A stretch of 64,000 bases of DNA from the NCBI GenBank assembly GCA_023382455.1, contig JAHDVX010000009.1:16701-80700 (forward strand), written 5' to 3'. Position 1 is the first letter of the stretch, and each line of letters begins with the position of its first letter. Position numbers and translations under genes: made by a program. Shown piece by piece: positions 41,101 to 50,800 of the stretch. The notes beneath the pieces were generated by a model. The model saw only the letters and a list, made by a program, of their open reading frames with translations, did not search any database and had not been told where the DNA came from. The DNA comes from Flavobacteriales bacterium (GTDB lineage: Bacteria; Bacteroidota; Bacteroidia; Flavobacteriales_F; PHOS-HE28).

Positions 41101-42243
41101 TCACTTCAACACCTCGGCCAGTTTCTCCTCCAGCGCCGGCCCCCTCAGGTTCTTGGCCAACACCTTGCCTTCCCGGTCCACGAGCACGGTGTAGGGAATC
41201 GCGGATACGCCATATTGCTGCGCCACGGCGTTGTTCCAGAATTGCAGGTCGCTCACATGCTTCCACGGCAATCCATCTTGCTTGATGGCCCCGGTCCAGG
41301 CCTCTTTGGTCTTGTCCAAGCTCACACCGAGGATCTCGAAACCCTTGTTGTGGTACTTGTTGTACACCCGCAATACATTCGGGTTTTCCATGCGGCACGG
41401 ACGGCACCAGCTGGCCCAGAAATCGATGAGCACCACCTTGCCCCGCAGGCTGCTCAGGCTGATCGGCTTCCCTTCCGGACTGTTCTGGGTGAAGTCCGGG
41501 GCTTCGCTCCCTACGGGGATCAGGTTGTCCAGCTTGGCCTGCTGCTCCTCCTGCTGCTTCTGGGCCAGCAACTGCTGGGTCATGCGGTCCACCTGGTCAC
41601 GGAATCCCTTGAAGTATTCGCTCCCTCCAATGGTGGTGCGGAGAGAGTCACGCACCTGCTGGAACAGGGGAAGCTCTTCCTGGATGTTGAGCCGGTTCAA
41701 TGCGGCGAGAACCGCAGGGGAGCTCATGTGTTCCTTTACGAACGACTTGCTCTTTTCCATGAATTCCTTGTTCAGTGTGGCGAACTCCGACATGGCGGTG
41801 CTGTCTTGCGGGTTCGAGCGCAGGCGGTTGGCCAGTGCGGTGCGCTGGTCATCGAATGCCTTGGCTTCCTTGAAGTAGCCATGCATCAGGGAGGTGTTCA
41901 CCGAGCCTTCAATGCTGGTCGGGAAGGCCATGGAGTCCAACCGGGCCGACACGGTGACGTTCTCTGCGCTGTCCAGCAGCAGCACCAGGATCTTGTCGTT
42001 CCCGAGTGTGAGTGCATAGAAGTCCAACGGCATGGGGGGGAGGCTGATCACCCCATTGCCTTGGGCGTCCAGTACGGTGCTGTCCACATGGACCGGTTTG
42101 TTGGCCACGAACTTGTCGAAGTAGAGCGTCTGGCCTGCCGCCCCATCGATCCGGGCGGTGACCGTACGCTCCTCGGGATGCGATCCGCAACTGGCCAGGA
42201 TCAGCAATGCCGTGGAAAGGAAAAGGGTCAGGTTCTTGTTCAT
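41101..42243 (-). CDS. TlpA-family thiol:disulfide oxidoreductase lipoprotein
   Basis: Lipobox LASCGS, a C-terminal FWASWCRPCR motif, and a paralog-like C-terminus (…EKLAEVLK) resembling the gene at 36553-37971. Confidence 0.75.
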   Translation of the reverse strand: MNKNLTLFLSTALLILASCGSHPEERTVTARIDGAAGQTLYFDKFVANKPVHVDSTVLDAQGNGVISLPPMPLDFYALTLGNDKILVLLLDSAENVTVSARLDSMAFPTSIEGSVNTSLMHGYFKEAKAFDDQRTALANRLRSNPQDSTAMSEFATLNKEFMEKSKSFVKEHMSSPAVLAALNRLNIQEELPLFQQVRDSLRTTIGGSEYFKGFRDQVDRMTQQLLAQKQQEEQQAKLDNLIPVGSEAPDFTQNSPEGKPISLSSLRGKVVLIDFWASWCRPCRMENPNVLRVYNKYHNKGFEILGVSLDKTKEAWTGAIKQDGLPWKHVSDLQFWNNAVAQQYGVSAIPYTVLVDREGKVLAKNLRGPALEEKLAEVLK

Positions 42244-43736
42244 TCTTGTTCGAGCATGCGTTTTACGGTCTCATTGGCCGCGCGCGGGTCGGCCTTGCCC
42301 TTCGTGGCTTTCATCACTTCACCCATGAACAGGCCGAGCAGGCCCTTGTTGCCACTGCGATAGGCCTGCACCTTGTCCGGGTACCGGCCCATGGCCGCAC
42401 GCACCGCGTCCTCGATGGCCGAGGCATCCACGTCCAGCAACAGGCCGTTGGACTGGGCCAGCTCGGCTGCGCTGCCCGGATTGCCCAGCATCAACGGGAA
42501 AAGCTTCTGGGAGGCCAAGGTGTGGCTCACCTTGCCGCTTTCGATCAACTCCACCAGGCCGGCGAGCCGTTCCGGTGTGATCGGCAGGTCCGCGAGTGTC
42601 AGGCCATTTTCATTCACCCAGGATCGTACATCGCCCATCACCCAGTTGGCGGCCTGCTTGTACGGCTTTTTGCCATTCGTTCCGGAGAGCGCCGCCACCA
42701 CCGCTTCGTAGTACAGGGCGGTTCCCTTGTCATCAGTGAGCACCTCTGCATCGTAGGCGCTCAGGCCATATTCGCCCGTGTACTTGGCCCGCAGTTCGCG
42801 CGGCAATGGCGGCATGGCCTTGCGTACCGCGTCTTTCCTGGCCTCGCTCACCGTGAGCGGCTGAAGGTCGGGTTCCGGGAAGTAGCGGTAGTCATGCGCC
42901 ATCTCCTTGCTGCGCAGGCTCGTGGTGATCCCCTTGGCCGCGTCGAAGTTGCGCGTCTCCATGGTGATGCTGCCACCCGCGTCCAGGATCTCGCTTTGCC
43001 GCTGGGCCTCGTGTTCAATGGCGCGCTGCACGTTCTTGAAGCTGTTGAGGTTCTTCACCTCCGTGCGCGTTCCGAAGGTCGGGGAACCCTTCGGACGGAT
43101 GCTGATGTTCGCATCGCAACGCAGGCTGCCTTCCTCCATGTTGCCGTCGCAGATGTCCAGGTAGCGCACCAGGCGGCGCACTTCCACCAGGTAGTCGTAG
43201 GCTTCCTGGGAGGAATGGATCACGGGATCGCTCACGATCTCTACCAGGGGCACCCCGGCCCGGTTCAGGTCGATCAGCGTGTTGAAGGGATCCACGTCGT
43301 GCAGGCTCTTCCCGGCATCCTCCTCCATGTGGATGCGGGTGAGCGTGATGGCCTTTTCACCGCCATCAGCGGTGGTGATGGTGATGGCCCCGCCGGTGCA
43401 GATGGGCGTGGTGTCCTGCGTGATCTGGTAACCCTTGGGCAGGTCGGGGTAGAAGTAGTTCTTGCGGGCGTAGTGCATGCGCGGCGCGATGGTGCAGCCG
43501 CAGGCCAGGCCCAGCTTGATGGCATGGTCGATCACCTTGGTGTTCGGTACCGGCAGGGTGCCGGGCAGCGCCAGCGTCACCGGGCCCACCAGTGTGTTGG
43601 GCCGGTCGCCGTAGGCGTTGGGGTCGCTGGAATAGGCCTTGCTCTCCGTGAGCAACTGGGCGTGCACCTCCAAGCCTACGACCAATTCCCACTTCTCGCT
43701 CCAATGGGGAGCATTCTGCTTGTTGTCCGCCTTCAT
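42240..43736 (-). CDS. gatB: Asp-tRNA(Asn)/Glu-tRNA(Gln) amidotransferase subunit B
   Basis: WELVVGLEVHAQL..., PNTLVGPVTLALPG and a C-terminal GatB/YqeY-like domain. Confidence 0.92.
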   Translation of the reverse strand: MKADNKQNAPHWSEKWELVVGLEVHAQLLTESKAYSSDPNAYGDRPNTLVGPVTLALPGTLPVPNTKVIDHAIKLGLACGCTIAPRMHYARKNYFYPDLPKGYQITQDTTPICTGGAITITTADGGEKAITLTRIHMEEDAGKSLHDVDPFNTLIDLNRAGVPLVEIVSDPVIHSSQEAYDYLVEVRRLVRYLDICDGNMEEGSLRCDANISIRPKGSPTFGTRTEVKNLNSFKNVQRAIEHEAQRQSEILDAGGSITMETRNFDAAKGITTSLRSKEMAHDYRYFPEPDLQPLTVSEARKDAVRKAMPPLPRELRAKYTGEYGLSAYDAEVLTDDKGTALYYEAVVAALSGTNGKKPYKQAANWVMGDVRSWVNENGLTLADLPITPERLAGLVELIESGKVSHTLASQKLFPLMLGNPGSAAELAQSNGLLLDVDASAIEDAVRAAMGRYPDKVQAYRSGNKGLLGLFMGEVMKATKGKADPRAANETVKRMLEQE

Positions 43737-43847
43737 GCTTGTTCTTGCACCTCTGGCCCCAGAGGCGATTAGCCTGCAAAGGTGCGACGGGAATCCGCTT
43801 CCCGTAACATGCTATTCCCGCGGTTCCCGCTGGTGGGCGTCCTGTAT

Positions 43848-44660
43848 TTAGCTTCCGGCCACCATCTCCCGCATGATCAGCGTCAAGCTGGGCTCGGCTT
43901 TTTCGGCCACGCGCTGCACCATCTCGTGGGTGGTCTTTTCAATGCGGCCCTCCACGCCCATGTCGGTGATCACGCTCATGGCAAAGCAGGGCAGTCCCAT
44001 CTGCCGAGCGGCGATCACCTCCGGCACGGTGCTCATGCCCACCGCATCCCCGCCGATGATCCGCACATAGCGGTATTCCGCCGGGGTTTCCAGCGTGGGG
44101 CCCGTGAGGCCCACGTAGGTGCCGGTGCGCACCGGGATGTTGTTCGCCTTGGCAATGGCCTTGGCACGGGCCACCAGGCCGTGGTCATAGGCCTCGCTCA
44201 TGTCCGGGAAGCGCGGGCCGAAGGCGTCGATGTTGGGGCCGATCAACGGGTTGGGGAAAAGGTTGATGTGGTCCGTGATGATCATCAGGTCGCCGGTCTC
44301 GAAGCCTGCGTTCACCCCGCCGCAGGCGTTGCTCACGAAGAGCCGTTGGATGCCGATCAGCTTCATCACCCGCACGGGCAGGATCACCTCCGGCATGGTC
44401 CAGCCTTCGTAGTAGTGGAAGCGGCCTTGCATGGCCACCACCGGCTTGCCGCCCAGCAGGCCGAAGAGCAGCTTGCCGGGGTGCCCTTCCACGGTGCTCA
44501 CGGGGAACTCCGGGATGTCCTTGTAGGCGATTGCGTGTTTCACGTCGATCTCCTTGCCCAGGCCGCTGAGGCCGGTGCCCAGGATGATGCCGGTCTCGGG
44601 CACGAAGCCGCCGGTGGCTTTCTTCAGGTGGTCAGCGATGCGCTGGATGCGTTGCAACAT
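43848..44660 (-). CDS. purine nucleoside phosphorylase (PNP family I)
   Basis: [27 protein letters not shown] and STVPEVIAA motifs. Confidence 0.88.
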   Translation of the reverse strand: MLQRIQRIADHLKKATGGFVPETGIILGTGLSGLGKEIDVKHAIAYKDIPEFPVSTVEGHPGKLLFGLLGGKPVVAMQGRFHYYEGWTMPEVILPVRVMKLIGIQRLFVSNACGGVNAGFETGDLMIITDHINLFPNPLIGPNIDAFGPRFPDMSEAYDHGLVARAKAIAKANNIPVRTGTYVGLTGPTLETPAEYRYVRIIGGDAVGMSTVPEVIAARQMGLPCFAMSVITDMGVEGRIEKTTHEMVQRVAEKAEPSLTLIMREMVAGS

Positions 44661-45708
44661 GGGATCGGATCAGTGCTTCGAATTCGTGTGGTTGGTCCAG
44701 GATGATGGATCGGATGCCGATCACTGCCACGGGAATGCCCCGCAAAGGGCCGTTCAGGGCGGCGGTGCCGAGGCGCGCAGCATCCTTTTCGGTGGTGATC
44801 AGTGTTTTTCGGCTGGTGGCGAAGCTATTGAAAACCGCCGCCACATGCTCCAGCTCTTTTTCACTGAAGGCGTGATGGTCGCTGTAGGCCAAGTGGCGAA
44901 CGGTGCCGAAAAGGCCTCGTACATGCGCGGCCAACGGGGCAGGGTCGGCCACGCCGGTGAGCAGGAGGGCCGCGGTATCCGGACCTTGATGGACATCCCC
45001 TGTGGAAGCCAACGGCCTGGGAGCTTCGTACCGCAGCCCGCTGAAGAAGAGGGCTTGCCGGGGCAGGAGGCGCAGCTTTCGCCGCCAGGCCTCGCGTGCT
45101 TGGTGTGAAGGGCGCTCCGGGCATTTGGTCACGATCACCACCTCGGCCTGCCGGGCGCGGTAGGGCAGGTCGCGCAGGTTGCCCGCAGGCAGCAGGTGGT
45201 CCTCATTCCATGGGCGCTGCCAGGTGGTGAGCACGATGTTCAGGCTGGACCGGAAGGCCCGATGTTGCAGGGCATCGTCCAGGATGACGGCCCGCAACTG
45301 CGGTACGCGTTCCCGGATCCCGGCAACCGCCTGGGCCCTGTCCGCCCCTACGAACACGTGCACGCCACTGAACTTGCGCTTCAACATCAGCGGTTCGTCG
45401 CCCACGCTGGCCGCATCGCTTTCCATGGACACTTCGGCAAACCCGGTGCCCTTGCGGCCGTACCCCCGGCTCAGGGTGGCCAGCACCGGGACGGGATCGC
45501 TTCCTTGGCCGTCCAACAAGGTGCGGAGCACAAGTTCCACATGGGGGGTCTTCCCCGTGCCTCCCAAGGCGATATTGCCGACCGTGATGGTGGGCACATC
45601 GGCGCTTTTAGCCCGCAGCCACCCGAGGTCGTAGCCGGCGTGGCGCAGGCGCAACACCAGGCCATAGAGCCAGGAGAAGGGGAGGAGGGCCAGCCGCAGG
45701 AAGGACAT
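44632..45708 (-). CDS. lpxK: tetraacyldisaccharide 4'-kinase
   Basis: [13 protein letters not shown]-loop, a ~358-aa size, and the LpxK-family layout. It overlaps the PNP start by 29 nt. Confidence 0.85.
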   Translation of the reverse strand: MSFLRLALLPFSWLYGLVLRLRHAGYDLGWLRAKSADVPTITVGNIALGGTGKTPHVELVLRTLLDGQGSDPVPVLATLSRGYGRKGTGFAEVSMESDAASVGDEPLMLKRKFSGVHVFVGADRAQAVAGIRERVPQLRAVILDDALQHRAFRSSLNIVLTTWQRPWNEDHLLPAGNLRDLPYRARQAEVVIVTKCPERPSHQAREAWRRKLRLLPRQALFFSGLRYEAPRPLASTGDVHQGPDTAALLLTGVADPAPLAAHVRGLFGTVRHLAYSDHHAFSEKELEHVAAVFNSFATSRKTLITTEKDAARLGTAALNGPLRGIPVAVIGIRSIILDQPHEFEALIRSHVATHPAHR

Positions 45709-45835
45709 GGAGGCCAAAGATGGGCAGCCGGGAGGAATGCGTTGCGCCAAGCTTCCCATGGGATCTCCAAGACCTTGTGGTTACGGGGCGGCCTTCCGCT
45801 GCATTGGCAGTTCAAATTGCCATAGCGTGGTTGAA

Positions 45836-45867
45836 ATATCGCCACAAAGTGGTGAAATTTACAAGCC
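45836..45867. repeat. left arm of an imperfect inverted repeat flanking the AAA ATPase gene (contains the palindrome TCGCCAC-AAA-GTGGTGA)
   Basis: TATCGCCACAAAGTGGTGAAATTTACAAGCC lies immediately 3' of the ATPase stop. It matches the reverse complement of 47119-47157 at about 30 of 43 positions. Confidence 0.55.
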
Positions 45868-47099
45868 TACCATTCCCAGACGGCGCTCAGCGGAACGGCA
45901 TGCAGGTCCTTGCTGAACGGGGTGACCGAAGCCCCGGTGTGCAGTACGATGCCCCGCACCCAGTGCTTCCCGGCGGCGTTTCGCAGCTCCGACAGGCCAC
46001 TGAGGTCGCGCGGTCCGATGCTCGCCGAGGCTTTCACTTCGATGCCCACGACACGCCCGGCTGGATCCTCCAGCACCAGGTCCACTTCCTTGCCGGTATC
46101 CATGCGGAAGTGGTAGGGTGCCACCGGCAGCTTGGCCCAAGTGGCCATCTTCCGGAGTTCGTTCACCAGGAAACTTTCCAACAGGTGCCCCCAGTTGGGG
46201 CCTGCCGCCAATTGCGATGGGGCGGCGGCGCCGCACAGCCAAGCGGCGAAGCCGGTATCGGCAAGGTGGACCTTGGGCGATTTCACCAGGCGCTTGGCGC
46301 GTGAGGCATGCCAAGGCTGCAGCGGTGTCAACAGGAAGGTGGCCTCCAGCAGCGCCATATAGCGCCGCAGGGTGGAGTGGGGGATGTCCAGGTCGCGGGA
46401 GATATCGGCCAGGTTGAGCAGGTTGGCGCTGCGCAGGGCCAGCTGCGTCAGCAGCCTCGGCAGCGTGGTAAGGTCGGCGATGTTGCTGATGTCGCGCACG
46501 TCCTTTTGAAGGATGGTGGCGATATAGGCCTGATACCAGGCATGGCGGCGGGCACCATCCCGGCGCTGGCGCACTTCCGGGTAGCCACCCGCGAAGACAC
46601 GCCGCGCCATGGAGGCCATGCCGGCGGCGTCGGTGTAGCCCAGCGGGATCCGGGACTTGAAGAGCGTATCGATGAAGGCGCTCCTACGGCCGGCGAGCTC
46701 ATCCTGCGCGAAGGGGTGCATGGAGATGATCTCCATGCGGCCGGCGAGCGAATCGCCCATGCGCGGCAGGGCCAGCACATTGGCGCTGCCGGTGAGGAGA
46801 AAGCGCCCCGGCCTTCGGTCGCGGTCCACCGAGGCCTTGATGGCCCGGAAGATGTTCGGGGCGTTCTGCACTTCATCCACCACGGCGAACGGACCAAGGG
46901 ATTCCACGAAGCCGGCCGGGTCGTTCAATGCGGCGTGCAGCATGCCGTGGTCGTCCAAGGTGACGTAAACGGCCTTGCGCTTCCGGGCGATATCGCGCAC
47001 CAAGGTGGTCTTGCCGGTCTGCCGGGCACCGTTCACCAGCACCACGGGGGTATCCTTCAACGCAGCCGCGATGGCTGTGGCGATATTGCGGTTCTTCAT
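45867..47099 (-). CDS. AAA+ ATPase (AAA_14 + DUF4143-type, COG1373-like)
   Basis: The Walker A motif is VNGARQTGKTT and Walker B is VVDEVQ. The C-terminal domain is typical of the DUF4143 ATPase family. Confidence 0.75.
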   Translation of the reverse strand: MKNRNIATAIAAALKDTPVVLVNGARQTGKTTLVRDIARKRKAVYVTLDDHGMLHAALNDPAGFVESLGPFAVVDEVQNAPNIFRAIKASVDRDRRPGRFLLTGSANVLALPRMGDSLAGRMEIISMHPFAQDELAGRRSAFIDTLFKSRIPLGYTDAAGMASMARRVFAGGYPEVRQRRDGARRHAWYQAYIATILQKDVRDISNIADLTTLPRLLTQLALRSANLLNLADISRDLDIPHSTLRRYMALLEATFLLTPLQPWHASRAKRLVKSPKVHLADTGFAAWLCGAAAPSQLAAGPNWGHLLESFLVNELRKMATWAKLPVAPYHFRMDTGKEVDLVLEDPAGRVVGIEVKASASIGPRDLSGLSELRNAAGKHWVRGIVLHTGASVTPFSKDLHAVPLSAVWEW

Positions 47100-47118
47100 G
47101 GCACACCAAAGTTATCCA

Positions 47119-47157
47119 GGTTTGTAAAAATCGCCACGACATGGCGAAAATATAACC
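47119..47157. repeat. right arm of the inverted repeat (contains the palindrome TCGCCAC-GAC-ATGGCGA)
   Basis: GGTTTGTAAAAATCGCCACGACATGGCGAAAATATAACC lies 20 nt upstream of the ATPase start codon, in the divergent region shared with nif3. Confidence 0.55.
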
Positions 47158-47292
47158 ACGATGTGAATATTGGAACAGCCTTCCGCGGGATCACCCGGGA
47201 CCGGCCTCGCCAGTAAAGCGCACCCATGGAGAGGGCCTGGCCGGATCGGTCATGCATGCTCACGGTACCTTGGCGCTCCGATTCCGAAGAGC

Positions 47293-48387
47293 ATGAAGAT
47301 CAAGGAGGTCATCCAAGAGTTGGAGCAATGGGCACCGCCCATGTTGCAGGAGGAGTACGACAACAGCCGCCTGCAGACGGGCCACCCGGACCAGGACGTC
47401 AAGGCAGCCCTGCTTACCCTGGATTGCACCGAGGCCGTGGTGGCGGAGGCCGTGGAGAAGGGTTGCGGCCTGGTCATCACGCACCATCCGGTGATCTTCA
47501 AAGGGCTGAAAAGCCTCACCGGCGCCACGGATGTGGAGCGCACCATCCTGGCCGCCGTGCGGAACAACGTGGCCATCTATGCCATCCACACCAACCTGGA
47601 CAACGTGATCGATGGGGTGAGCGGGGAGATGGCCGCCCGCCTTGGCCTGAAGCCGCTGCACGTCCTTGATCCCAAACCGGGGCAGTTGCAGAAGTTGGCG
47701 GTCTTTGTGCCCAAGGACCACGCGGATGCGGTGCGGGATGCCATGTTTGCCGCGGGGGCAGGCCGGGTGGGGGCCTATGATGAATGCAGCTTCAACCTCG
47801 AAGGGACCGGCACTTTCCGGGCGGGTGAAGGCACGGACCCATTCGTGGGAGAGAAGGGCATGCGCCACGGGGAGCACGAGGTGCGGGTGGAGGTGATCTG
47901 CCCGGCCACCGTGCAGCAGGCCGTGGTTACCGCCATGGAAGCTGCCCATCCGTATGAGGAGGTGGCCTATGACCTGTACCCGCTCCTGAACCGGCACCAC
48001 GGGGTGGGCAGCGGCCTGGTGGGAGAGTTTGATGAGGCCATCCCTGAAACGGAGTTCCTGGACCGGCTGAAGGCCGTTTTCGGTCCACCCGCCATCCGGC
48101 ATACCGCCTTGCGGAACAGGCCGGTAAAGCGTGTGGCCCTTTGCGGCGGCTCGGGCGCCTTCCTGATCGGCAAAGCCTTGGCCGCCAAGGCGGATGCCTA
48201 TGTGACCGGGGATGTGAAGTACCATGATTTTTTCCTGCCTGAGGGCCGGTTGCTCTTGGCCGACATCGGCCATTTTGAGAGCGAACGGTTCACCCCGGTC
48301 CTGGTCCAGCGCCGGTTAGCCCGGATTCTGCCTACCTTTGCCACCCGTTTGTCGGAAACGGGCACCAATCCCATTCATTTTCATTGA
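47293..48387 (+). CDS. Nif3-like dinuclear metal center protein (GTP cyclohydrolase 1 type 2 homolog)
   Basis: GLVITHHP...AIYAIHTNLD and a C-terminal YVTGDVKYHDF are NIF3/YqfO-family hallmarks. The true start is at MKIKEV. Confidence 0.85.
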   Translation: MKIKEVIQELEQWAPPMLQEEYDNSRLQTGHPDQDVKAALLTLDCTEAVVAEAVEKGCGLVITHHPVIFKGLKSLTGATDVERTILAAVRNNVAIYAIHTNLDNVIDGVSGEMAARLGLKPLHVLDPKPGQLQKLAVFVPKDHADAVRDAMFAAGAGRVGAYDECSFNLEGTGTFRAGEGTDPFVGEKGMRHGEHEVRVEVICPATVQQAVVTAMEAAHPYEEVAYDLYPLLNRHHGVGSGLVGEFDEAIPETEFLDRLKAVFGPPAIRHTALRNRPVKRVALCGGSGAFLIGKALAAKADAYVTGDVKYHDFFLPEGRLLLADIGHFESERFTPVLVQRRLARILPTFATRLSETGTNPIHFH

Positions 48388-48390
48388 CCC

Positions 48391-49197
48391 ATGGCGAAGA
48401 CCGCAACAAAGACCGCCGAGGAGGCTAAGCCCGCGAAAACAGCCACCAAGGCCGAGCAGGCCGTGGCGGCAAAACTCGAGGGGCTGTACCGTCTGCAGCA
48501 TTTTGATTCCCTGGTGGACAAGATCCGCACCCAACGCGGCGAACTGCCCCTGGAGGTGCAGGACCTGGAGGATGAGGTGGTGGGCCTTGAAACCCGCATG
48601 AACAAGCTGGCCGAGGACCTCAAGGAGGCCGAGACGGCCGTGTCGGACAAGCAGAACTTCATCAAGGACGCCAAGGCGAGCATCAAGAAGTACGAGGCGC
48701 AGCAGAGCAAGGTGCGCAACAACAGGGAGTACGATTCCCTGGGCAAGGAGATCGAATTCCAGAACCTGGAGATCCAACTGGCCGAGAAGCGGATCAAGGA
48801 AGGCAAGTTGGCGATCGAGGCCAAGAGCGCCGCAGTGGAGGAGAGCAAGAGGCTGTACAAGGACCGCAAGAAGGACCTTGACCTGAAGAAGAAAGAATTG
48901 GACGAGATCGTAGCCGAGACCGAGAAGGAAGAGAAGGAGCTCGTCAAGAAGAGCGATGCGGCTGCTGCATTGGTGGAGGAGCGCCTACTGAAGGCCTACC
49001 ACCGGATCCGGGGCAATGCACGCAACGGCCTCGCGGTGGTGGCTGTGGAGCGCGGCTCCTGCGGCGGATGCTTCAACGCCATCCCCCCGCAGCGCCAGCT
49101 GGACATCGCCAGCCACAAGAAGATCATCGTGTGCGAGCACTGCGGCCGCATCCTGGTGGATGATTCCGTGGTGAACGAGGTACTTGGCACCAAGTGA
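48391..49197 (+). CDS. zinc-ribbon domain protein with a coiled-coil (COG1579-type partner of Nif3)
   Basis: A long coiled-coil plus C-terminal CGGC...CEHCGRIL. The Nif3 / zinc-ribbon gene pair is conserved. Confidence 0.75.
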   Translation: MAKTATKTAEEAKPAKTATKAEQAVAAKLEGLYRLQHFDSLVDKIRTQRGELPLEVQDLEDEVVGLETRMNKLAEDLKEAETAVSDKQNFIKDAKASIKKYEAQQSKVRNNREYDSLGKEIEFQNLEIQLAEKRIKEGKLAIEAKSAAVEESKRLYKDRKKDLDLKKKELDEIVAETEKEEKELVKKSDAAAALVEERLLKAYHRIRGNARNGLAVVAVERGSCGGCFNAIPPQRQLDIASHKKIIVCEHCGRILVDDSVVNEVLGTK

Positions 49198-49216
49198 TCA
49201 ACGATCCGCTCCCAAT

Positions 49217-49244
49217 GAAAAAGCCTCCCGCGGGAGGCTTTTTC
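49217..49244. terminator. bidirectional rho-independent terminator between convergent genes
   Basis: GAAAAAGCCTCCCG CGGGAGGCTTTTTC is a perfect palindrome with A/T tracts on both sides. Confidence 0.75.
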
Positions 49245-49286
49245 ATTGGGAAGCCCTTGCCTCAGGGCTCAGGTCCCGACCGGTGC

Positions 49287-50780
49287 TCAAGGCCGGAAGG
49301 CCAACGTGAGCATGCCGCGCGTGTCGTTCAGGCGGACGTTCGTGGCTTGCACCAGGCCTGGGTCATACTGGAAGTAGCTGGTGTCCCGCGTACCGTGGAC
49401 GGCCGTGAAGTCCACGCTCAGGCGCCCCGTGCGGTAGCCGATGCCGGCCGTGTACCGCTTGTAGGCCGTTCCATGCCGCGGGTCGCTCTCCGCATAGGCA
49501 TCCGGCCAAATTCCCCAGCCCGCCCGGAAGTACCAGGCTCCGGCCCGCCATTCGGTGCCCACCCGAAGGCTGTGGGTGGCGCGGGTCGAATTGTTCAGCA
49601 CCTCGTTCTCCTTGCTGAAGTCGTACGGGTCCAGCAGGTCCGAGCTCTTGTTCAGCTTCGATTGCCTGAAGTCCGTGTACGCATAATCGACGCTCACCAG
49701 GCCGTGCTGCCCGGCCACAAAGGCGGCGGAGGCCAGGACGCTCCACGGGGTGCGGATGCGGTAGTTGAAGGTGCCGTCCGGGGAGGAAAGGGCATATTGC
49801 GTATCCCCATTGCTGTCCGGCGAACGGAACTCAGTGGACATGTCGTAGGCATACGAATCGCTCATCTGGAGCCACTTCGGGCTCTGGAATGCCAAGCCCA
49901 GCCGCACATTCTTCCCGGCCCTGGCCAGCACGCCCACCTTCAGGTCGATACCATTCCCCGTGGTGAGCAGGTGTTCTTTGTAGGCCAAGCTTTCCATGTC
50001 GAAGGATGTATCGGCAGGCATGGTCTCGGCATGGGTCATTTCCCGCTGGTACCGCAGCCCGGTGAACCCGATGGATGCACCGAGATACAGCCGGTCCATA
50101 TAGTTGCCTGCATAGAAGAAGCTGGTCGTGTTCAACCGGCCGGCGGTGCTGGTCATATGGTCCTGCCCGATGGCCGTTCCGAAGGGTACGGCGCTCCGGT
50201 AGGTATTGGCGGTGGTGTCCAGCGGGTCGATGCCATAGGTCATGTAGGCCAGGTCGCTGGTGAAGGGCAGTCTGGTTTCCAGGTCGGCCGGCGAAATGCC
50301 ATTGGCCTCATTGACGAACTTCTGCAGAATGGTGCTCGGAACGTCCACTCCCTTGGCATGCTCTTCCCAGTGGAAGCTGGCTTGGCGGTCGAGTGAAAGG
50401 CCGAACACACCACCGCGCCACGCCTTGCCCGCTTCACTGGGGTAGCTCAGGATAAGCGACAGATTGTTGAAGCTGAACCGGTTGTCGTTGTCCGAAGTGG
50501 AAAGTCCGTAATGGGTGGACTTGGCCGTGTTCACCTCGAATTGCGGCGTGAACGAGACCTCGCTCGTGTTATAGAGGCCCAATCCGGCGGGATTGGTGGT
50601 GATGCTGCCCGGGTCCGCCCCTATGGCCCCGATGGCCCCTCCCAAGGCCCAGCTACGGGCCGTGCCACCGGGCAACAGGCTGGAAAAGCGCAAGGCGTCT
50701 TCCTCATTCTGGCCGAAAGTGGCATGCACGCCCAGAAGCAGGCAGGCGGCGAAAAGGAGGATGTGGTGTTTCAGGTTCAT
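49287..50780 (-). CDS. FadL/OmpP1/TodX-family outer membrane transport beta-barrel protein
   Basis: Signal peptide MNLKHHILLFAACLLLGVHATFGQ, beta-strand-rich sequence, and a C-terminus ending ...LTLAFRP. The ORF track has an alternative start at 50804. Confidence 0.6.
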   Translation of the reverse strand: MNLKHHILLFAACLLLGVHATFGQNEEDALRFSSLLPGGTARSWALGGAIGAIGADPGSITTNPAGLGLYNTSEVSFTPQFEVNTAKSTHYGLSTSDNDNRFSFNNLSLILSYPSEAGKAWRGGVFGLSLDRQASFHWEEHAKGVDVPSTILQKFVNEANGISPADLETRLPFTSDLAYMTYGIDPLDTTANTYRSAVPFGTAIGQDHMTSTAGRLNTTSFFYAGNYMDRLYLGASIGFTGLRYQREMTHAETMPADTSFDMESLAYKEHLLTTGNGIDLKVGVLARAGKNVRLGLAFQSPKWLQMSDSYAYDMSTEFRSPDSNGDTQYALSSPDGTFNYRIRTPWSVLASAAFVAGQHGLVSVDYAYTDFRQSKLNKSSDLLDPYDFSKENEVLNNSTRATHSLRVGTEWRAGAWYFRAGWGIWPDAYAESDPRHGTAYKRYTAGIGYRTGRLSVDFTAVHGTRDTSYFQYDPGLVQATNVRLNDTRGMLTLAFRP

Positions 50781-50800
50781 GTCCAAAGGCTGGGCCCGTA

